Positions 56,845-64,000 of a DNA stretch of 64,000 nucleotides are shown here, in pieces (positions within the stretch are counted from its first letter, which is position 1; each line of letters begins with the position of its first letter). The notes beneath the pieces are model-generated. The model had not been told where the DNA came from. It saw only the letters and a program-made list of their open reading frames with translations, and ran no database searches. The stretch comes from Octopus sinensis (lineage: Eukaryota). The stretch spans positions 58,590,001-58,654,000 of the forward strand of contig NC_043000.1 of assembly GCF_006345805.1 (NCBI RefSeq), read 5' to 3'. A program made the position numbers and the translations under genes.

Positions 56845-57393
56845 CTTTAAATGAGAAAATAATGACAGGGATTAAAATTGAGGAAAATACTTACACACAC
56901 ACAACGCGCGTGCACACACATGCACACACACACACACGCACGCACACACACACACACACAAACACATGCATACACATGCACGCACACACACATGCATGCA
57001 CATACACACATGCGCACATGAATGAATTAATTAATTTTGTGTTTGTTTCAATAAATATGTTTCTACTTGTTTAATCAATATGTAACTGTTCAAGAGGAAC
57101 ATGAACTTCTTCAGTCACAATGTCCACTGAAGGCCTGCTAAATCCATTGACATGGCTCTTTCCAGTAGACAAAGCAATACACACACACACACACACACAC
57201 ACACGTACATATATGTGGTTGGTTGTGCCTGTATGTATTTGTGTGTGAGAGAGAGAGAGATATGTCCAGTTAATTTTTTTTATGTTAATACACTATCATG
57301 TTTTCTAAAGTTTAGCAGTTTACTTTTAATGAAAATACAAAATTGTATTATTATAATTTCCATACTAATAAAATGTCTTATCTCCATACCTAC

Positions 57394-57535
57394 CATCTGT
57401 AGAGATGTCGAATATAGCTGGAAGGTCAAATGGGAAATTATTTGAAACTACTGGTATGCCTGGAGAATTGAGTGGCAATTTTGGTTGATACATAATACCA
57501 GTTGTCATAGTAGTTATTTCACGTAGAATTGAAAC
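57394..57535 (-). CDS. PKD1-like exon E2
   Basis: TTTTCAG|GTT acceptor, G|GTAGGT donor; 142 nt, phase 0 to 1; VSILREITTMTTGIMYQPKLPLNSPGIPVVSNNFPFDLPAIFDISTD(G). Not in the ORF track; found by phase matching. Confidence 0.8.
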
Positions 57536-58066
57536 CTGAAAATATTAAAGAAAATATGATTTTCCATGAGATTCTGTGCAATAACAATATCAGAAGCATC
57601 AGACATTATCACAACACCACCAGACTGGTCAAACTGAAATATAGTGCTCTTCCATAATTCTTGACTTTGTGTTTAAATCTTGCAAGTGCTTATATTTGCT
57701 CACACTCAGAAATAAATCCTAATTAAAATGATATTAATGATTTAATCAACTAAAGGCAATCTGTCAACAACTGAATCTCAACATAGACTAGAAATAATGA
57801 TCTGTAAGCTAAGGGGTAACAAATATTATTTATGACTGGTATATAAAACAGTTGAACATTCTACACTGTTGATTGGGGAAGAAAACTAAGTCTCTTCTGA
57901 AGAGCAGTTAGCATAGCACGAAACAGCCTATCAGAAAGCTCCTCCACATTTTTCTGGATACCAGAAGTATATAAGGAATGTATTTACATTCTTATTTCTT
58001 TCAACAAGTCTTTATTTCATTCATATACTTGCATATATATATATATATATTCATATATGTATGTAT

Positions 58067-58111
<45 letters not shown>

Positions 58112-58258
58112 GATATATTCACACACATATATATTATCATCATCATCATTTAACATCCATTGTCCCTGCATCCAACCCATGGCAGCACGGACGATGGATG
58201 TTAAATGATGAAGATGATGATGATATATATATATATATATATATATACTTTCACACAG

Positions 58259-58936
58259 AAACTGTGAAGAGTCAATACTGGTCTGCCATTTATGTACAAA
58301 TGATCTAAACTTAGACTGTGTTATGGACAGAATGAGACGATTGAGTGTGGCTGTTTGAACACACACAGCTGATTGATTATTGAGGCTTTTTGGTACTAGG
58401 GGTAAGCAAACACACACACACACACACACATACACACACACATGCATACACACATGCACACTTCTGCAGAAATATACATATACAAAAAAAAAGGGAGAGA
58501 GAGAGAGAGAGAGAGAGAGATTACAATCTATAAGTTAAACACAATTGGTATAAACACTTCTCCCTCCTCAAACACATGAAGGGAAATATGTTCTCTCACA
58601 TAATCAGAGACAAACAGACAGACAAACAAATATACAAACAGATAGACAGATGGACAGAGACAAAGAATGAGAGAAATATCAAGATGTCTGATGTTAGATT
58701 AGTCAGTGTTAAATCAACAAAGCCAAATAGGCAAGGCGAAAATGCCTCATACTCTGTTATAGAGCTATAACAGGGTATTGTGTTTTTTAATACCAGCAAA
58801 CTGTGAGGAGGAAGCCCAACCATCAACAGACAATTTCAATGGGCAGAAAAGCTAATCAAACAACATCAAAGTGAGATTTGTATCTCAGTGAAACAAGTAT
58901 ATTTCTTTGGTCATCCCACTACTTCCTTACACTTCT
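58259..58936 (+). repeat. Segmental direct repeat copy B
   Basis: See copy A; offset about 3.6 kb. Confidence 0.95.
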
Positions 58937-59949
58937 CGGTCACTAGTCATTGCCTCGGTGAAGCCCAATGTTCGAAGGTCGTGCTTCACCTCCTCATCCC
59001 AGGTCTTTCAAGGTCTGCCTCTTCCACAGGTTCCTTCAACTGCTAGGGTGTGACACTTTTTATGCATACCTTTCTTTCAATGGACACTAAATTCTGTTTG
59101 CGAAGACCTGTTGAGGTAAGTGAAATCAAAATCTAATTCTCTGACATGGCCAATGACAGCACTGCCTGACTGGCATCCATACTACTGGAACATTAAGAGC
59201 ACCATCCAAGCGTGATCGTTGCCAGGGTCACTGACTGGCTCCCGTGCAGGTGGCATGTAAAAAGCACCATTCAAGCATGATCATTACCAGCATCGCCTTA
59301 CTGGTACTTGTGCCGATGGCATGTGAAAAAAAAACAATCGAGTGAGGCTGTTGCCAGTGCCACTGGACTGGCTCCTGTGCAGGTGGCACATAAAAACACC
59401 ATTCAAGTGTGGCTGTTGCCAGTACTGCCTGACTGGCCCTTGTGCAGTGGCACATAAAAACACCCACTCTACTCTTTGAGTGGTTGGCATTAGGAAGAGC
59501 ATCCAGCTGTAGAAACTCTGCCAGATCAGATTGGAGCCTGATGCAGCCATCTGGCTTGCCAGTCCTCAGTCAAACCTTCCAACCGATGCCAGTATGGAAA
59601 GCAGATGTTAAACGATGGTGATGATGATGATGATATATATACATATGTACCTTTAAGTATGGGTGCACACATGCACATGTATACATAGTATATTTTATAA
59701 AAGAAGGTATACATATTTATTATGAATTTACAATTTTAATCTGCCTGTGATAAGTAAACAAAATGGTCACTCCACAAGTTTATTTCTTCATAAGCAGAGA
59801 AAAAAAAATGTTCAATCGGATCCATTTCTAATCTTATTAATCCTCTGCCCTTAGGGATTAGTAACTTATAGCTATTTATATCATACACAAACTATGACTT
59901 AGATAAAGTTGATAAACATTGGATAAACATTGAATACCACCTTTTCTCC

Positions 59950-60950
59950 CTGGGTGGCTTACTGTGACCATTAAGGACCTGCTACAGTGGTAGAAAGACT
60001 TCTATATTGCCCTTGGCCTGAACAGCCACCACACCAACACTCTTTGCACCCATCAAAATGAAGAGACTTGATCACTCACTACAGACTAACTATTCAGATA
60101 TGAGTTAATGCTGCTACTGGTGATGACAATGAAGACAATGGCAATAATGACAGCATATTTTGATAAATGAGCTAATTTATTCTATCCTAGTGCACTTCAG
60201 TGTGTTTGTGAAAATGCCAACAGTGCTATGTGGAAAGTATGTTTTTGATGGAAATATTAAGAACAGAATAGGAGTATAGTCACAATATAAAGTTGATCAA
60301 TCCAATTAAAAATACATGGCAGGTGTCAACGGAATTCATATTGCTTCTCATATTGTTCTTATGCTCTAATGCAGAGATCAACTACTAAGTATATGAGAAT
60401 ATTTTATTTGCAGTTTTAAAGAACTCTGACTGCAAATTGATGCTGATACTACAAATTTCATTTTTTTATATTCTGACTATAATCTTACAACTATATCCAT
60501 CCAATGCAGTTGTCTGCATTCCAACATTTAGAAGTAGCCATTTCAAATGTTTAAATTGCCGAATGAGCAAATTTTAATAGAATGGTCAGGTATTAAATAA
60601 AAGAATTACCATTCAATCATTTAAAGCCTTGGAAACTCGGATATATTCCAATAAATTTTGACACCTACCAGTGAAAGTATTGTGATGACATTTTCTTCAT
60701 AACAAACTGTTGTTTGTACCCACTTCTCATTGTGTTAAACAAATAATGGGTACATTTGTCTTTATATAGGACTTAAGAAGAATTGTATTCAACCCTATAA
60801 GCTTATGAAATTCTTATCAGTTTTATCCTACTTTCTTTCCTTGTTAGCTTCATCAAACTGGTCCACATAATTCTGTGGATCTGTCTTGACCATCAATAAC
60901 AAGGTACAGCAATTTGTTATTCTCTTTTTCGTTTGCTACAGTCAGTGGAT
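59950..60950 (+). mobile_element. Possible very decayed piggyBac-like relic
   Basis: Only fragments such as KYMAGVN and DQLLS resemble the PGBD Y...MGGVD..DQ motif. Confidence 0.25.
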
Positions 60951-61191
60951 GAAATGGAGTAAAATTTTCATACCTCTAACCTTTCACTTGTTTCAGTCAT
61001 TTGACTGCAGCCATGTTGGGGCATTGCCTTGAAGGGTTTTAGTAAGACAAACTGACCTCAGACTTATTTTTGTAAGCCCAGTACTCTTTCTATCAATCTC
61101 TTTTGCCAAACGGCTAAGTTACAGGGGCAAAAACATACCAACACTGGTTGTCAAGCAACGGTGGGGAACGAACACAAACACACACACGCAT

Positions 61192-61235
<44 letters not shown>

Positions 61236-61341
61236 TTAATCAAATAAAAAAAAATGAAGAAAAAGCACATGGAAAAACAACAACGCAAGGATGTAGTACA
61301 TGCAAAGTATTAGCAGATGCTCAAGGAAAGAAAGAAAGGTA

Positions 61342-61376
61342 GTTTTATGTTTTGAGCAAAGCTCTTCTTCAGAAAC
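61342..61376 (-). ncRNA. Inactivated minimal hammerhead motif
   Basis: GUUU-CUGAAGA-A-GAGC(UUU)GCUC-AAAAC-AUA-AAAC; G12 and G16.2 positions read A. Confidence 0.55.
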
Positions 61377-61459
61377 AGGAGACAGAGGAAAGTCCAAGAG
61401 AAAAGGAAGACGGAGGAAAAAATCACCAACAATCTACATGTGGTTACATTTTGAATTGC

Positions 61460-61590
<131 letters not shown>

Positions 61591-61947
61591 TGTATGTATG
61601 TATGTAGTATGTATGTATGTATGTATGTATGTATGTATGTAGTATGTATGTATGTATGTATGTATGTATGTACACGATGGGCTTCCTTCAATTTCTGTCT
61701 ACCAAATCCACTCACAAAGCTTTGGTCAGCCTGATGTTAGAGTAGAAGATGGTTGTCCAAGGTGCCTCACAGTAGAACTGAACACAGAACCTTGTGGTTG
61801 GGAAGCAGGCTTCTTACCACACAGCCACACCTGTGTCTATGCATAAAATATAAATACTATTTCTAGCTGAGGCATATGACCCAATTTTTTGTTTTGTGTG
61901 TGTGCATGTGCATGTGTGTGTGTGTGTGTGTGCATGCGTGTGTGTGT

Positions 61948-62000
<53 letters not shown>

Positions 62001-62192
62001 TGTGTGTGTGTGTGTGTGTATTCGTACATAGCAGTTAACTGATAATATTGGGCATAGCATTTGACTGATACTTTATTTCATTGACCAGAAAGGATCGAAT
62101 AAAGTACTAAATGTGATATTTGATAATATTCTCCCCACAATTATAAGCTGAACACTCTCAGTGTACGGTTAAAGAAAATATTTGATCCTTAC

Positions 62193-62443
62193 TTTAAAAG
62201 TGTATTCTTCCCTTGATACCATATTACATGTGACTAATTTTCCGATGAAAACTCCAGCTTCATTGTATTGCAATGATAATTGGTCATTTGTTAGCAAGGG
62301 CCTCTTTAAAGCATGTTCGTTGTCACCAATGCAGCACTTTGTATCTTCATTTTCGCTCGTAGTGTTAAAGTAACACGCATACGAATTAGCTGGTGGAATG
62401 CCACCTTCATAATTCATGTTTACCATGACAGAGAGTTGAGAAC
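62193..62443 (-). CDS. Polycystin-1-family (PKD1-like) gene, first visible exon E1 (PKD-like Ig fold); upstream exons lie beyond the window
   Basis: TTTCTAG|GT acceptor, AAA|GTAAGG donor; 251 nt, phase 1 to 0; (G)SQLSVMVNMNYEGG...LSLQYNEAGVFIGKLVTCNMVSREEYTFK. Confidence 0.85.
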
Positions 62444-63464
62444 CTAGAAAATGGTATCAATAGACAATGAAATCCTTCTGTCAAGAATACCAGATAAAAT
62501 CAAAAACAAAAACACAATAAAAGTAAAGAAAATAAGAAGAAAACACACATATTTTACTTTTGTCAGCCACATTGTTATTGATTCTTGAAAGCCAAATATG
62601 AAACTATTGAACTATTGATGGATATTTTAAAACAATCTGAATATTGGTTTCTTACCTTGGCACAAAGCTAGAAATTTACACAAAAGGAAGCTTATTCAAT
62701 ATCAAGGGACAGGTAAATATTTCGAAACATGAGCAAGATTGTTGTTGTTGACTTCTAGAAGCACTGCATGGGGATGTATTGTATACATGTGCATGCATTT
62801 GGGTATATGTGTATACATGAATGTGTGTGTGTATATATATACGCACACACACACATATATCTATATACATACACTCATAAATACACACACACACACACAG
62901 ACATATATATATTTATAAAAAAGAAGTTTGAAAACACCACTATATAAGATAAATTTTACTTCTTTTTTATAAATATATACACTTATTATATATATATATA
63001 TTATATATATATATATATATATACATATGAGATGTGTTCAAAGAGTATCCGATTTTATTTTTTCTCATCAAAACTAATGCCATATGGGCAAAATCCTTTA
63101 GGTGGGAGGTGATACCACCTTCTTGTGCTTACGTGAAAATTTTCGTGCCAGTAGGCCGTATCAGTTATGCCTACGGTACAGACGTGTACTGTGCATTCAT
63201 CGGATTTTCATTTCTTCCCTTCCTGGGTTTGTTGAGTAGGGACCTACATCGTGACCTCAACAGTGCTGGTGCCACAAGGAAGCACTTACTCCACACTGTA
63301 AAGAGACTGGTATTAGGAAGGACATCCAGCCATAGAAACTATGCCAAAGCAGACAGCAGAGTACAATGCCGTCTTTGACTCATTGGATCCTTAGCAAACT
63401 GTCCAACCTATGCTAGTATGAACTGTGGACGTTAAATGATGATGATGATGATATATATATATAT

Positions 63465-64000
63465 ATGGCTTCATGATTGGAAAAAATGGAAGTCAGATGG
63501 TACGACGTCGGGAGAGTAAAGAGAATGAGGAAGGATTTCATAGCTGCAGGAGTGTGCTTTCATCTGGGCAACATGCACATTGTGAACTGGGACGTTGTCT
63601 AGGAAGAGGAGGATTCCTTTGGTCAGCATGCCACGCCTCTCTGCTTTGATGGCGTCCCGCAATTTCTGCAGCAGAGAAGCATAACATGCCCCAATAATTA
63701 TGATGCCCTTTGCCAGGAAATCCATCATCACTACTCCGTGCTGGTCCCAATAGACTGTGAGCATCATCTTGCCAGCTGAGGGCTGGACACGAGCCTTCTT
63801 TGGAGGTGGTGAGTTATCATGCTTTGACCGGACTTGACTTTCCGGATAATGGTGATGAACCCATGTTTCATTTTGTGCGATAAGTCTGCCGAAAAAGTCC
63901 TCCTCGTTTTCTTGGCACATTGCCAAAAGAACTTGGGAGCAATTGACTCGTTCCTGCTTCTGAAAAAGTGTGTGCATCCGGGGAATCCATCGTGCAAACA
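63465..64000 (-). mobile_element. Mariner transposase relic running off the window; a mariner-like end fragment at about 63025-63245
   Basis: ETWVHH, SAGKMMLTVYWDQHGV, LLFLDNVPVH, HSLYSPDVVPSDFHFF motifs. Confidence 0.85.

Noticed and set aside
60484-60600. Possible extra exon ending at GTT|GTAAGA between E1 and E2
   Set aside because: No suitable acceptor; lies in a probable TE relic; E1-E2 already joins as a continuous strand (YTFK|VSIL).

Overview
AT-rich, microsatellite- and SINE-dense animal DNA. The repeat families and composition point to an octopus (coleoid cephalopod) genome; this is inferred from recognition of the repeats. One minus-strand gene runs through the whole window. I rebuilt 19 GT-AG exons by hand (3,978 nt, about 1,325 codons, open and phase-consistent when spliced). 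They encode the extracellular part of a polycystin-1-family (PKD1-like) receptor: PKD-like Ig folds, REJ module, then GAIN/GPS. Both ends of the gene lie outside the window, and most ORFs in the supplied track are microsatellite or TE artefacts. The introns hold Tc1/mariner, MULE, Penelope-like (PLE), RTE and R4/Dong-like relics plus at least five short interspersed repeat families. Best leads: (1) several PLE-type type I hammerhead ribozyme motifs, including a canonical-core copy on the pre-mRNA strand locked inside an 82-bp palindrome (9567-9750) and a near-intact minimal copy in a short non-coding unit (48541-48575); (2) many long fold-backs close to exons, including a tandemly duplicated pre-miRNA-sized hairpin (39870-39951, 40108-40189); (3) a ~680-bp direct repeat bracketing an in-frame exon pair; (4) a candidate 12-nt microexon in SINE-like sequence. 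No bacterial-type features (CRISPR, operons, rRNA) were found.
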